From Candidatus Binatia bacterium (GTDB lineage Bacteria > Desulfobacterota > Binatia > Bin18): DNA of 64,000 nt. This document shows positions 22,243-32,832 of this stretch, piece by piece. The stretch lies in contig CAXXHG010000005.1 of NCBI GenBank assembly GCA_963666315.2, forward strand, positions 1-64,000, in the 5' to 3' direction. The translations under genes were made by a program, and so were the position numbers. Within the stretch, counting starts at the first letter, position 1, and every line of letters starts with the position of its first letter. The notes beneath the pieces were generated by a model. It ran no database searches. It was not told the origin of the DNA and was given only the letters and a program-made list of their open reading frames with translations.

Positions 22243-22605
22243 ATGGCAACTTCCTTTACAGAATTGCTGCTCCGCGATTATTTCTTCTCAGATCGTTGTC
22301 TCATGGGGCATCATTCTGGAGAAATTGTGCTGCAATGGGAAGTTTTTGTTGACGGTCTGAGGCAGTTTCGGGAACTGGCCGAAGATCATCTATGTCATGA
22401 TTCTTTAGCGATGAAGGAAGAGGAACAATGGATCCTTTCTGACGAAAGCGAGTGGCCTTCTTCCTTTGTCCATCTCTGTGAAACGTTTGGAATGAGCCCT
22501 GACTCGGTACGTGATTCCCTTTTTGTCTGGAAGAGCCTTCAAGGGGCCACGGAAAGTCAGGCAGGACGGAAGAACAAACTACTCCGTCCCTTTCCTCAAA
22601 CATAG
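22243..22605 (+). CDS. Hypothetical protein
   Basis: 120 aa ORF with EEQWILSDESEWPSSFVHLCETFGMSPDSVR motif; preceded by a sigma-54-type promoter. Confidence 0.7.
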   Translation: MATSFTELLLRDYFFSDRCLMGHHSGEIVLQWEVFVDGLRQFRELAEDHLCHDSLAMKEEEQWILSDESEWPSSFVHLCETFGMSPDSVRDSLFVWKSLQGATESQAGRKNKLLRPFPQT

Positions 22606-22870
22606 TTTTTTCGTTTCCTGTCCCCGCGCAGACGGGCAGGGGATTCTCCTCCTTTCCTCCTGCCCGTCACTTTTCCTCAGCGCTGCTATTCAGCATGCCT
22701 CCATCGTAGCCTCCGCCGTCTCAGTCACGAGGCGGACGAACTCTCCACCTTCCTTTCCGTACTAATCCCATCCGAGATTCCTGTCGGTGGATGTCTCGCT
22801 GCCGTCTGCACGCCATCTGCACGATTGTAGGCTGTTGTGGTAGGATCTCGTGATCTTACGCGACCTCTTA

Positions 22871-22920
22871 TCGTGATCGCGCAGGATCTCGCAGGACCTT
22901 GCAGAATTTTGCAGAATCTC
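22871..22920 (+). repeat. Tandem 10-bp repeats (GCAGRAYYTY, four copies plus a degenerate one)
   Basis: gcaggatctc gcaggacctt gcagaatttt gcagaatctc, preceded by tcgtgatcgc. Confidence 0.7.
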
Positions 22921-22983
22921 ATCTGATGTCCTCTTTATTCATAGACTACAATAGTCACAAGGGTTACGAGTAAGGATGCATGT

Positions 22984-25185
22984 ATGGTGAAGAGCACGAT
23001 GGAAGAGCAGGAAGACACTCTTTCCGAGTACGAGTCAAAGCAACTGCTCACAAGCTTGGGGATTCCCGTCTCCCGCGAGGTTCTGGTCCAACGTCCTCAC
23101 GATGCCGGACAAGCAGCGACTGAAATTGGATTTCCTGTTGTGGTGAAACTGTGCGGGGAACGGATCGCCCATAAGACGGAACGCGGCCTTGTCCGGTTAA
23201 ATCTCAGCGATGAGGCAGCCGTCATACGCGCGGCAACTGACCTTTGGGTCCAACGTTGTGCTGAAGATGGACAAGTCGGTCTGCTTGTCTCCGAAATGCT
23301 GCAAGGTAAACGAGAGCTGATTGCCGGCATGGTCCGTGACCCGCAGTTCGGCCCGTGCGTGCTGGTTGGACTTGGTGGGATCCTGACCGAGGCCTTGGGC
23401 GATTTCGTCTTTGGCGTTGCCCCGCTCACACGTGTGGCCGCCCTGGGGATGATCGAAGGACTTCGTTCCAGACATCTTGTGACCCAAGCGTTTCGTGGGG
23501 AAGCGCCCGTTGATCTTGTGGCCTTGGTCGATATCCTCATGGGCCTGAGCCGCTTGGCGCTTGAACGGCCCGATATCCAGAGCGTTGACATCAATCCATT
23601 GATTGTCGTCGGTAGTAAGCCGGTTGCGGTTGATGCGCTAGTTGTGACACACGTCGTCAATGAAATCTCGGAAATATCGCCTGCGACTCACTGCCGAGCT
23701 CCCGAAGACGTCCTCGAACGGTTTCGGCCACTGTTTCACCCACGTGGCATTATTGTGGCTGGGGCGTCCTCGCATCCTGGGAAATTCGGATTTGTGGCAC
23801 TGCACAACCTGCGCCGCTTTGGCTACCAAGGTGAAATTTTTCCGGTCAATCGAGACGGTGCTGAGATCCTGGGCGAGCCAACGTACCGGGATGTGGCGGA
23901 TATTCCGCCCGATAAAGCAGACTTGGTGTTTGTGTGTACTCCCGCGGCCGCAAATATTGAATTGCTCCGCTCCTGTGCAAAAATTGGTGTCCGGGCGGCG
24001 TTTGTTGCCAGCGGCGGATATCGCGAGACAGGAGAAGAGGGACGACAACGCGAAAATGGGCTTGTCCAAACGGCGGACGAACTCGGAATGCTGCTTGCCG
24101 GTCCGAACGGACAAGGCCTGATCTCAACGCCGGCTTCCATGTGTGCCCAAATCGTAGCCCCGTATCCACCCTCAGGCCGAATTTCGGTCGTCAGCCAGAG
24201 TGGCAACTTATTGTCTGCCTTCTTGAATTACTCCGTTCAAACCGGGGTCGGGATCAGTAAAGCCGTTTCGGCAGGAAACTCGGCCCAGACCAATATTGCC
24301 GATTATCTTGACTATTTTTCGGCTGATGCAGAGACCGACGTTGTCTTGGCTTATCTTGAAGGGGTACCCGACGGACGGCATTTTATTGAGGCCGTTCGTC
24401 GTCTCACCGTACGGAAACCCCTGGTGTTGATAAAAGGAGGGACTGCTGCTGAAGGACAACGCGCCGCGTTATCCCATACTGGGTCACTTGCCACCGATGA
24501 TCGTGTCTTTCAGGGCCTGTGTCGTCAGTTCGGAATCTTGCACGCAGCGACGATTGAGGATGCCTTCGAATGGGCGGCAACACTCGCAACCCAGCCGATT
24601 CCACGTGGCCGGCGGGTCGTGGTCTTCACCACAGTTGGCGGCTGGGGAGTGCTGACCGCGGATGCCTGCGCCCATGCCGAACTCGATCTGCTCCCTTTGC
24701 CTCAAGATCTTGAAGCTACAATCAGCAGCATGGTCCCTGCCCGCTGGAGTCATAGCAATCCGATTGATCTGGCTGGCGGCGAAACACGAGACACGGTTCC
24801 CGAAATCCTGGACCTGGTGTGCGCGCATCCCGAGGTCGATGCGATTTTACACTTGGGCATAGGTATCCAGGCGGCTACCGCCCAGGTTTTTAAATCGGGG
24901 GAATTTTATCTACAGCACGGATTGGAGCGTATGGCTGACTTTCACGAAAAACAGGACCGTCGCTATGCGCGTGCAGCCGCTGAAGCCTCGCAACGGCATC
25001 ACAAGCCCATACTCACCACAACGGAGCTTGTCTATACCGACCGGGAGTACGGTAATGTCGGCCCGTTGGCAGTCCGCGAGGCGGGGCGGGTGTGTTATCC
25101 GAGCGCGCATCGGGCTGTAGCTGCCTTACGGGTCTTGATAGACTACGCGGAGTTCCAGCGGCGGCAGGGCGAAGTGACCCAGTAG
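22984..25185 (+). CDS. ADP-forming acyl-CoA synthetase (acetate-CoA ligase family), beta-alpha fusion
   Basis: N-terminal ATP-grasp (LSEYESK, HKTE, DPQFGP, DINPL), then CoA-binding domain (GASSHPGKFG, GPNGQG, SQSG, SHTGSLA, NPIDL). Confidence 0.9.
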   Translation: MVKSTMEEQEDTLSEYESKQLLTSLGIPVSREVLVQRPHDAGQAATEIGFPVVVKLCGERIAHKTERGLVRLNLSDEAAVIRAATDLWVQRCAEDGQVGLLVSEMLQGKRELIAGMVRDPQFGPCVLVGLGGILTEALGDFVFGVAPLTRVAALGMIEGLRSRHLVTQAFRGEAPVDLVALVDILMGLSRLALERPDIQSVDINPLIVVGSKPVAVDALVVTHVVNEISEISPATHCRAPEDVLERFRPLFHPRGIIVAGASSHPGKFGFVALHNLRRFGYQGEIFPVNRDGAEILGEPTYRDVADIPPDKADLVFVCTPAAANIELLRSCAKIGVRAAFVASGGYRETGEEGRQRENGLVQTADELGMLLAGPNGQGLISTPASMCAQIVAPYPPSGRISVVSQSGNLLSAFLNYSVQTGVGISKAVSAGNSAQTNIADYLDYFSADAETDVVLAYLEGVPDGRHFIEAVRRLTVRKPLVLIKGGTAAEGQRAALSHTGSLATDDRVFQGLCRQFGILHAATIEDAFEWAATLATQPIPRGRRVVVFTTVGGWGVLTADACAHAELDLLPLPQDLEATISSMVPARWSHSNPIDLAGGETRDTVPEILDLVCAHPEVDAILHLGIGIQAATAQVFKSGEFYLQHGLERMADFHEKQDRRYARAAAEASQRHHKPILTTTELVYTDREYGNVGPLAVREAGRVCYPSAHRAVAALRVLIDYAEFQRRQGEVTQ

Positions 25186-25251
25186 GGTTTGTGTGGTGTG
25201 AGAGCTGCCTATTTTATTTTTTCATGCCCAAGATGGACGAGGAGGGAAACC

Positions 25252-26352
25252 ATGCGACCTGAATACCCTGTTATTGATGCGGACGGTCATGTTGACGAGA
25301 AGGCTGTAAACTGGGTTGAATTACTCCCCGAGCGCTATCAAAAAGACGCGCCGTGTTGGGTGAGCTATCCCGATGGTCGTAAGCATCTTGTGGTCGAAGG
25401 AAAGATGTGGCCGAGCCGGCGCGATTTCTACGGCCGGCTGGGCATGTGGCCAGAGCCCAAGAAGCCGGCTCATCAATGGGGCTGGGACCGTGAAGGGATG
25501 CAGGACCCACACAAGCGTATTCCAGATATGGATTACGAAGGTATAGATATCGCAATGCTGTTTGGCACCTTTATCGGTTTAGGTGCGGCGGCTTCTATTG
25601 AAGATCGCGGCCTGGCGATGGCGGTCTCGGTTGCGTACAACAACTGGCTGGCCGAATATTGTAAAGCCTACCCTGATCGTCTGAAGGGCATCGCCATGAT
25701 CCCGATGCAAGACCCACAAGCCGCCCGCGCTGAGATCCGCCGGACAGTCGAAAAACTGGGTATGGTAGGCGTCCAGGTATTGACCAACTTTGGCGGCAAA
25801 CTGCTGCACGAAGCCGAGTTCGATCCCATATGGGAAGAAGCCCAGGGGCTCGGCGTGCCGATCTGCGCCCATATCATCTCCACCAACTCGGCGGCTATTG
25901 ATCGATTTGATCGGTATGTGTTTAAGCATGCCTTTTACGCGCTGGACACCATGCTAGCGGTCGCCTCATTTACCTGCGGAGGAATTTTAGAGCGTTTTCC
26001 TCAGCTCAAGGTGGCCTTTATGGAGGCTGGCGCCGGTTGGGTGCCGTGGATGATGGACCGGCTGCACGAGCACTATGAGCTGTTACCCCAGCAAATGCCG
26101 TGGCAGAAACGCAGCCCGGCAGAGTGGATCAAGAGTGAGAATTGCTTTTTTGCAGTTGAGCCAGAAGAGACAACGATTCCGTTTGTGGCCCAAATGATCG
26201 GCGAAGAGCGTTTGATCTACGCCTCGGACTACTCGCATTGGGACTGCATGTGCCCTGATTCCGTGAAGGTCTTATACGAGCGAACAGATATCTCGGATGG
26301 TCTCAAGAAGAAAATTTTTAACGAGAACGCAGCCTGCCTGTTTAATGTGTAA
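25252..26352 (+). CDS. Amidohydrolase-2 family protein
   Basis: IDADGH, AYNNWL, LERFPQLKVAFMEAG, YASDYSHWD. Confidence 0.9.
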   Translation: MRPEYPVIDADGHVDEKAVNWVELLPERYQKDAPCWVSYPDGRKHLVVEGKMWPSRRDFYGRLGMWPEPKKPAHQWGWDREGMQDPHKRIPDMDYEGIDIAMLFGTFIGLGAAASIEDRGLAMAVSVAYNNWLAEYCKAYPDRLKGIAMIPMQDPQAARAEIRRTVEKLGMVGVQVLTNFGGKLLHEAEFDPIWEEAQGLGVPICAHIISTNSAAIDRFDRYVFKHAFYALDTMLAVASFTCGGILERFPQLKVAFMEAGAGWVPWMMDRLHEHYELLPQQMPWQKRSPAEWIKSENCFFAVEPEETTIPFVAQMIGEERLIYASDYSHWDCMCPDSVKVLYERTDISDGLKKKIFNENAACLFNV

Positions 26353-26366
26353 GTGATAGGTGTAGC

Positions 26367-26836
26367 GTGCACGACTATATCACTCCCGAAGGCTGGAAAA
26401 CCGGCATCGAAGAAGTTGCGCCCAAAGTCTACGCCTATAGGCGTATGGTGAACTCGGCGTCAGTAACGCCAGTCTTCTGCTGGACCGTGAAGGCACGATG
26501 GCGATTGATGCCCTCATGGTCCCTTCAATGACCCGCCGTTTTCTTGAGTTGATCAAGAGAGTCACCCGACGACCGGTGTCCCGGTTAGTGAATACCCATC
26601 ATCATGTGGATCACAGCGGCGGGAATTTTTTGTTTCGCGATGCGCAGATCATCAGCCATACGTTCTGCCGTGAAGAGCAGCTGCGGACGGGCATCCCGAT
26701 CAAGCAACTCCAGCAACGCATCCCACGCTTTGCCCAAGAGTTTGCGAAGCTCAAACCCCAGATGGACGGCATGCGCCAGCTCCGGGCCGAACGCTACGGT
26801 CACGCGGCAGGTGAGCCGGATTGGTGTTGTACCTAA
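26367..26836 (+). pseudogene. Metallo-beta-lactamase-fold (cyclase-like) hydrolase, frameshifted and truncated
   Basis: EEVAPKVYAY in one frame, then GVSNA...VNTHHHVDHSGGN in another (shift near 26438); C-terminal half missing. Confidence 0.8.
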
Positions 26837-26872
26837 AAATCCTCCCGCATCCAACACCACAAGGCTAAAAAT

Positions 26873-26922
26873 CCCCTCCTCGGAAGGGGTGGCGCACAGC
26901 GCCGGGGTGGGTTCCGTGGGGC
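26873..26922. repeat. REP-like GC-rich double hairpin
   Basis: cccctcctcggaaggggt ggcgcacagcgcc ggggtgggtt between convergent genes. Confidence 0.45.
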
Positions 26923-26974
26923 GATATCGGCGTCTCGTATGCCAATAAAAAAGGGCAGCCACATGGGGCTGCTC

Positions 26975-28435
26975 CTACATGTCCGCCCCATTCTCAGCCA
27001 AAGCCGCCTGTACCTGTGACTCGACTGCCGTGCCTTTGAAGAAGCCCGGGTTTAAGGCCGTCCATAATCGGACCGGATTTGCAAACACGAAATCTCTGAA
27101 GTTATCTTCAGTCATCACCTCATCTTCCACACTCTCATATGCCTCGGGTAAGACTCCGGCCATATCCGGCACATCGAAATGGCCGATATCGGAGCCAAAC
27201 AAAGCATTGATCTTGGCTCCGAACGGATTAACTTTTTTATTAAACGCCCAGGCATTCAGCGGATCGTCGGCTTCACACCCAAAGTAGAAGTTTGGTACAA
27301 ACAGATCGCGAATGTCTTCGGCTCGCTCAATCTTGCACAGGGCAAAGTCATCCAGCTGTTCGGGTTGATCTGTGAGCAGTCCCAAGTTGATTTTTTCGGC
27401 TAACTGATCCAGTTTTGCCACAACTGACTGTGAGCCGTATTTCTGGAATAAGTCGAGCAGTAATTTTTGATTGAGATTGGCCGGATTCACCGCATCTAGC
27501 GCCTGAGGATTGCGGATTTTCCAGTGACTAATAAGGTCGCTATACAGCCCGCACGCCCAGCCCACGCCACCTTCTAAAAAGATAAAGCGGAGTTTGGGGA
27601 AGCGCCGGGTGACACCGTTCATGAAGAGAGACTTACACACCGCCTCGCTGGCCTGGGCAAAATGCCCAATATGGTTGTACACAAAATTTGAGATCGAGGC
27701 GCGCATCCCTATCCCAGACGAAGCAGAATGAAAGCTCGGCGGGATGCCGAGTTCAACACATTTGGCCCAGACCGGGTCGTAGTCGTGTTCACTGTCTATC
27801 CCTAAGGTGTCATGCCAGATTGCATAACGGCTCGCCTCAGGCGCCTTCTTCGCCACAGCTGGGACAGGTCGACGTATTAGGCTCGACAGCATGACGGCCT
27901 TAAAGCCCCGGCCCTTCACAAACTCAAGTTCTTCGACTGCCTCCTCAGGCGTAAACATAGGCACCACAGCCGCAGGTGTGAGCCGGTCTTCTAAACCTGT
28001 GAACTGATCAGCCGTGTATGTGTTGAACGCCCGGCAGGCGGCGCGGCGGATTTCTTCATCGCGCAAAAACGGGGCAAACAGCGCCCCACCGGTTGGGTAC
28101 ATGACGGCAAAGTCCAAACCCAACTCGTCCATGCGTTCGTACAGCAGTTTGGGCAGCATGGCGGTCGCACGGTCGCGCGTGTTCTTCGTCGGTACACCCC
28201 ACCACGCGGGCTGCAGCATACGCCGGTCTCGACGTTTTTCGGGCGAGAGCGAAGCGAATTTCTTGTTTCCGAACTGGTTGGCGGTTTTGCTGTAACGCTT
28301 GGCGACGCTATCGCCCGCGATTTCGTGTAGATAGTCTATGGCTGCCGGTTCAAACTCGATCCAGTGCCCATCCGAGTCTATGACCGGATGGCTCAAACCG
28401 GCGTGAACTTTTTGTGCGGATTGGTGTGCTGACAT
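26975..28435 (-). CDS. Amidohydrolase family protein (long type)
   Basis: IDSDGHWIE, NHIGHFA, GVTRRFP, FLEGG, FYFGCEADD, FGSDIGHFDV. Confidence 0.88.
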   Translation of the reverse strand: MSAHQSAQKVHAGLSHPVIDSDGHWIEFEPAAIDYLHEIAGDSVAKRYSKTANQFGNKKFASLSPEKRRDRRMLQPAWWGVPTKNTRDRATAMLPKLLYERMDELGLDFAVMYPTGGALFAPFLRDEEIRRAACRAFNTYTADQFTGLEDRLTPAAVVPMFTPEEAVEELEFVKGRGFKAVMLSSLIRRPVPAVAKKAPEASRYAIWHDTLGIDSEHDYDPVWAKCVELGIPPSFHSASSGIGMRASISNFVYNHIGHFAQASEAVCKSLFMNGVTRRFPKLRFIFLEGGVGWACGLYSDLISHWKIRNPQALDAVNPANLNQKLLLDLFQKYGSQSVVAKLDQLAEKINLGLLTDQPEQLDDFALCKIERAEDIRDLFVPNFYFGCEADDPLNAWAFNKKVNPFGAKINALFGSDIGHFDVPDMAGVLPEAYESVEDEVMTEDNFRDFVFANPVRLWTALNPGFFKGTAVESQVQAALAENGADM

Positions 28436-28705
28436 GGGTTCCCTCCTTGTCGTTTCAGGCTTGGAATGTAGCAGGATCGGAGGGAGGGGAAAATATGTTG
28501 CCTCAAAACTTAGTCCTCTCCGTGAATATAGTTTTGACTCTTCTCCTATCCGCTGAATTCCTTATAGAGATAGTAGGCTCCACGGAGATGGTTTCGATAA
28601 TCTAGCACCCGATAAACCCCTCTTTCGTTAAGGTCCCCACGTACGCTAAATTGTACATGAGAAAAGATTGGAAAGAGTGTCTCGTGCTCTGAGAAGGTTT
28701 TGCCT

Positions 28706-28954
28706 ATGTCGATGCAGCCGTCCTATCAAGAGGTCCTTCGCCTCGTCGAACAGCTCTCATCCGAAGAGCAGGTCCGGTTAATTGTCGAAATCCGAGAACG
28801 ATCTCAAGGGTTTGGCATGTGGCAGAACCGGCCTGATGTCGCGAACCCCGAACTGTACATCCTGCGACTCCGCGAGGAGAACGCCAAAAACGAGAACGGT
28901 GAGCAGAAAACGCCGGAAGAATACCTTGCAGAAATAGAAGCGTGGGATGAGTGA
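28706..28954 (+). CDS. Putative antitoxin of a VapBC-type pair
   Basis: Small acidic protein (FGMWQNRPD...YILRLR) overlapping the downstream PIN gene. Confidence 0.65.
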   Translation: MSMQPSYQEVLRLVEQLSSEEQVRLIVEIRERSQGFGMWQNRPDVANPELYILRLREENAKNENGEQKTPEEYLAEIEAWDE

Positions 28955-29369
28955 CGCCTCGTGGTCTGATGTGCGATCCACACTCGTCGATACTGGGGTA
29001 TTCGTCTACTGGTTGCGTGGAGACCGTACGGCACAGCAATTCTTCCGCGATCCGGAAAAAATTGTCTATTATTCCAAGGTTACGCGTAAAGAGCTGCTAA
29101 GAAAACCAATACGAGAAGCAGAAACTCAGCGTGTTAAAGCCTTCCTGAGCCGTTTCCGGCTAATCAATCCCGATGCACAGATTGCCGCTCGTTTTTCTGA
29201 ATCGTTGCATAAATATCCCTATCTGTAGGGCCATCCCGCGGATGCTCTTATCGCAGCAACGGCATGGGAGAAGAATCTTCCTCTGATCACAACAAATCTC
29301 CGACACTTTACTTCCCTTGAGGAGATTTCTACCATTCGATTTTTCTCCTCTCGCGAGGGGTTACCGTAA
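28947..29369 (+). pseudogene. vapC: VapC/PIN toxin interrupted by an in-frame TAG
   Basis: LVDTGV...TRKELL, TAG at 29226-29228, then in frame GHPADALIAATAWEKNLPLITTNLRHF to TAA 29369. Confidence 0.85.
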
Positions 29370-29384
29370 ACGAGGAAATGACTC

Positions 29385-30298
29385 ATGAACGAAATCCGTT
29401 TTGACAACAAAGTCGCCGTCATTACTGGCGCAGGAAACGGCCTTGGAAAAAGCCACGCATTATTTCTCGCTTCACGCGGGGCGAAGGTGGTTGTGAATGA
29501 CCTTGGAGGAACGGTTGCGGGAACGGGTGGCTCGCAGGCTGTTGCGGACGCGGTTGTGGAAGAGATAAAAGCCGCTGGCGGGCAAGCAGTAGCGAACTAT
29601 GATTCGGTTGCAACTGAAGAAGGCGGCAGAAACATTATTCAGACGGCGCTGGATACTTTTGGCACGGTGGACATCCTCATCAACAATGCGGGCAACGTCC
29701 GGGATAAAAGCTTTGCCAAAATGGACCTGGACGATTTCCGATCATTGATCGACGTGCATCTCATGGGGGCGGTGTATTGTACCCATGCCGCCTGTCCTAT
29801 CATGAAAGAGAAAGGCTTCGGTCGTATTGTCATGACCACGTCATCCGCCGGCCTGTACGGCAATCATGGTCACACCAATTATGGAGCCGCGAAAATGGCC
29901 CTTGTTGGCCTCATGAATTCTCTCAAAGAAGAGGGTCAGCGGCATAATATCACCGTGAACGCGATTGCACCCATCGCTCTCACTCGGATGTCCGAGCAGG
30001 CTGTGATGCCGAAATTTGCTCCGCTCATGAAGCCCGAATTTGTCACTGCCGTAGTCGCCTGGCTGTGCGCGCCTGACAATACTGACACCGGCCATATCAT
30101 TCAGGCTGGAGCGGGTTATTGCGCTAAGATGAAGTCCGGGAGGCAGCAGGCGCGTTGTTTGATACGGAGACTATACCAACGCCAGAACAGATTCGCGAGC
30201 GCTATGCGGAGATTGCTGATATGCGCCAAGCTGCGCCATCTGTGAACGCTGCAGAAGTGATCCGCAAGGTCTTCCGGATGGTGAAACCGAAGGGCTAG
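29385..30298 (+). pseudogene. MFE-2-like SDR (3-hydroxyacyl-CoA dehydrogenase type) with C-terminal frameshift
   Basis: TGAGNGLG, VVVNDLG, NNAG, YGAAK; expected tail (TPEQIRERYAEIADM) is in the -1 frame from about 30130 to TAG 30298; catalytic core intact. Confidence 0.75.
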
Positions 30299-30327
30299 AA
30301 ACGAGCGGGACGATCGTCCGGTCTCCC

Positions 30328-31257
30328 TTACAAATCCTCAACCAGCGCCGTACTCAGATAGCGTTCGGCGGAACTGGCCAGAATAACCACAATCATCTTG
30401 CCAGCGTTCTCGGGTCGGGCGGCAACTTGCAGCGCCGCCCAGACTGTGGCTCCGCTGCTGATGCCTGCGGGAATGCCTTCTTGCTTGGCAAGTTGGCGTG
30501 CAGTGGTCAGGGCGTCTTCGTCGCGGACTTGGATGATCTCGTCAATGATGTCCATATTCAGGATAGCGGGCACGAACCCGGCGCCTATGCCTTGAATCTG
30601 AGTCGGACCTGCTTGGCCACCAGAGAGAACGGCTGAGCTGGCTGGCTCGACCGCAATGGCCTGAAAACTGGGCTTGCGAGGTTTGATCGCTTCGGACACG
30701 CCGGTGATTGTTCCGCCTGTCCCGACACCGGTAATGAAAATATCAACCTGCCCGTCTGTATCGTCCCAAATCTCATTGGCCGTTGTCTGGCGATGAATGT
30801 CCGGGTTGGCCGGATTCTCAAACTGCTGGGGAATGAGCGCGTTGGGCATGCTTTTCGCCAGTTCCTCGGCTTTTCGAATGGCGCCCGGCATGCCTTCCCT
30901 GGCTGGAGTCAGGATCAATTCCGCCCCTAGAAAACGCAACAGATTCCGCCGCTCCATACTCATGGAATCCGGCATAGTCAGGATGAGCCGGTAGCCGCGT
31001 GCGGCCGATACAAAGGCGAGGGCAATGCCAGTGTTGCCACTGGTCGGCTCGATAATCACGGTGTCCGGGGTGAGTTTGCCGTCCCGTTCGGCTACGGCCA
31101 GCATATTGTAGCCAATGCGGTCTTTGATGCTGCTCAGAGGATTACAGAATTCCAGCTTGGCATACACCTCGGCGTTCACATCCTGGGTCATGCGGTTCAG
31201 CCGGACCAGAGGGGTGTGGCCTATGATCTCGGTGATGTCTTTGAACAAGCGTGCCAT
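30328..31257 (-). CDS. cysK: Cysteine synthase A
   Basis: [40 protein letters not shown]. Confidence 0.96.
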   Translation of the reverse strand: MARLFKDITEIIGHTPLVRLNRMTQDVNAEVYAKLEFCNPLSSIKDRIGYNMLAVAERDGKLTPDTVIIEPTSGNTGIALAFVSAARGYRLILTMPDSMSMERRNLLRFLGAELILTPAREGMPGAIRKAEELAKSMPNALIPQQFENPANPDIHRQTTANEIWDDTDGQVDIFITGVGTGGTITGVSEAIKPRKPSFQAIAVEPASSAVLSGGQAGPTQIQGIGAGFVPAILNMDIIDEIIQVRDEDALTTARQLAKQEGIPAGISSGATVWAALQVAARPENAGKMIVVILASSAERYLSTALVEDL

Positions 31258-31338
31258 GCTGGACTCCTTGCCGTAAGACCTATCTGCACGGACGTGGGTG
31301 ATACGTCAGCGCAGGCGAACATAGACCCCTCTGGATCC

Positions 31339-31740
31339 CTATGCGTCTTCCTTCTTGAGCTGAAGTGAGACCGAGTTCATGCAGTAACGCTGCCCGGTCG
31401 GCGCGGGGCCATCGTTAAACATATGGCCTAAGTGGGCGTCGCAGGTGTTGCACAGGACCTCGGTCCGGACCATGCCCTGGCTCTGGTCTGATTCCATGCG
31501 TACGTTGTCCTGGGCGACGGGCTCCCAGAAGCTTGGCCAGCCACTGCCCGACTCATACTTGGCTGCGGAGTTAAAAAGCTCGGCCCCACAACACGTGCAG
31601 TGATAGATGCCCTCGTCCTTGCAATCGTTGTATTCGCCGGAGAATGCAGGCTCGGTGGCCTTCATGCGGCATACGGTAAACTGCTCGGGGGTGAGTTCGG
31701 CGCGCCATTCCTCTTCCGTTTTCTTGACTTTGTCGCTCAT
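31339..31740 (-). CDS. msrB: Peptide methionine-R-sulfoxide reductase
   Basis: GSGWPSF, RTEV, HLGH, DGP, RYCMNS; two CxxC zinc motifs. Confidence 0.96.
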   Translation of the reverse strand: MSDKVKKTEEEWRAELTPEQFTVCRMKATEPAFSGEYNDCKDEGIYHCTCCGAELFNSAAKYESGSGWPSFWEPVAQDNVRMESDQSQGMVRTEVLCNTCDAHLGHMFNDGPAPTGQRYCMNSVSLQLKKEDA

Positions 31741-31878
31741 AGTGTATGCTCCCTAGGTCGCCTTTTTTGGTTTGCCCTTTTTGGTTTGCACTCTTTGGTC
31801 TGTACTCCTTGCCCTTGTCTGATAGCTTCAACTATATACAGACAGTAGCAAATTTCGGAAGGGGTGCGGAGAAGCACT

Positions 31879-32802
31879 ATGAGTAGAGTAAAAATTGGGA
31901 TTGGCTTTGGACAATGGAAATACGGTTTGCCTGATCCAGACATGCTGTGTGCCTACTCCGAAACAGCGGAAGCGGCGGGTCTCGATTCCCTGTGGCTGTC
32001 CGACCACATTGTGACACGGAACCCAACGCTCGATATCACGTGTCTGTTTGCCATGCTTGCCGGACGAACCTCGCGCCTGAGAATGGGGCCGAGTGTCTTG
32101 ACCCTGCCCGCTCGGCATCCCGTCCAGGTCGCGAAGACATATGCCACGCTCGACTACCTGTCAAACGGACGCATGATTATGGCCGTGGGTAGCGGCAGCG
32201 ATACGCGCGACCTTGTTGCCTGCGGTATCCCGGCCAAAGCCCGTGGCCGGCGGCTTGACGAAGGCATTAAGATTCTGCGCAAACTCTGGACCGAGTCGCA
32301 TGTGACCCATCACGGAGAGTTCTATCAATTTGAGGATGTGACGATCGATCCCAAACCGAAAAAGGGTGCTCTTGATATCTGGATTGGCGGCAAGAGTGAT
32401 GCCATTCTCAAACGTGTGGTCCGCCTCGGCGATGGCTGGTTTCCGGCTTTGACGTCGCCAGAAGAATTTCAGCGGGACATGGAAAAGCTCAAAATATACG
32501 GGCAAGAATACGGGCGGAGTATTGATCCAGGTGAGGCCGGCGTGCTGCTCTTCGCGCATGTGTGTGACGACCGGGCTGCCGCCATGAAAACGGTCTATCC
32601 CTTTTTCCAAGGACTGCAGGTGGACCCAGAGAAAATAGCCCAACGTTCGCTCATTGGTTCGGCTCAAGAATGCGTGGAGCAGCTTGAACGCTTTGTTGAA
32701 GTCGGCTGCGAAAAATTTGTTTTACGTCCGATCTGCCCGCCCACAGAGATTGCGTCACAGCTTGAACACTATGGCCAGGACATCTTACCCCATTTTGTGT
32801 AG
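31879..32802 (+). CDS. LLM-class (probably F420-dependent) oxidoreductase
   Basis: DSLWLSDH, AKTYATLDYLSNGR, IWIGG, GDGW. Confidence 0.88.
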   Translation: MSRVKIGIGFGQWKYGLPDPDMLCAYSETAEAAGLDSLWLSDHIVTRNPTLDITCLFAMLAGRTSRLRMGPSVLTLPARHPVQVAKTYATLDYLSNGRMIMAVGSGSDTRDLVACGIPAKARGRRLDEGIKILRKLWTESHVTHHGEFYQFEDVTIDPKPKKGALDIWIGGKSDAILKRVVRLGDGWFPALTSPEEFQRDMEKLKIYGQEYGRSIDPGEAGVLLFAHVCDDRAAAMKTVYPFFQGLQVDPEKIAQRSLIGSAQECVEQLERFVEVGCEKFVLRPICPPTEIASQLEHYGQDILPHFV

Positions 32803-32832
32803 ATGCAAGTCGAGTCAATAAGTGGGATCAAT

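Noticed and set aside
22871-22920. CRISPR array or integron cassette array
   Set aside because: Repeats are 10 bp with no spacers; no cas or intI gene and no recognisable attC site anywhere in the window
29226-29228. Amber recoding (pyrrolysine or alternative code) suggested by in-frame TAGs in vapC and the SQR fragment (50305)
   Set aside because: TAG is the normal stop of hom, dnaB, groES and groEL here; no pyl genes are seen; both TAGs lie in dispensable or already broken genes
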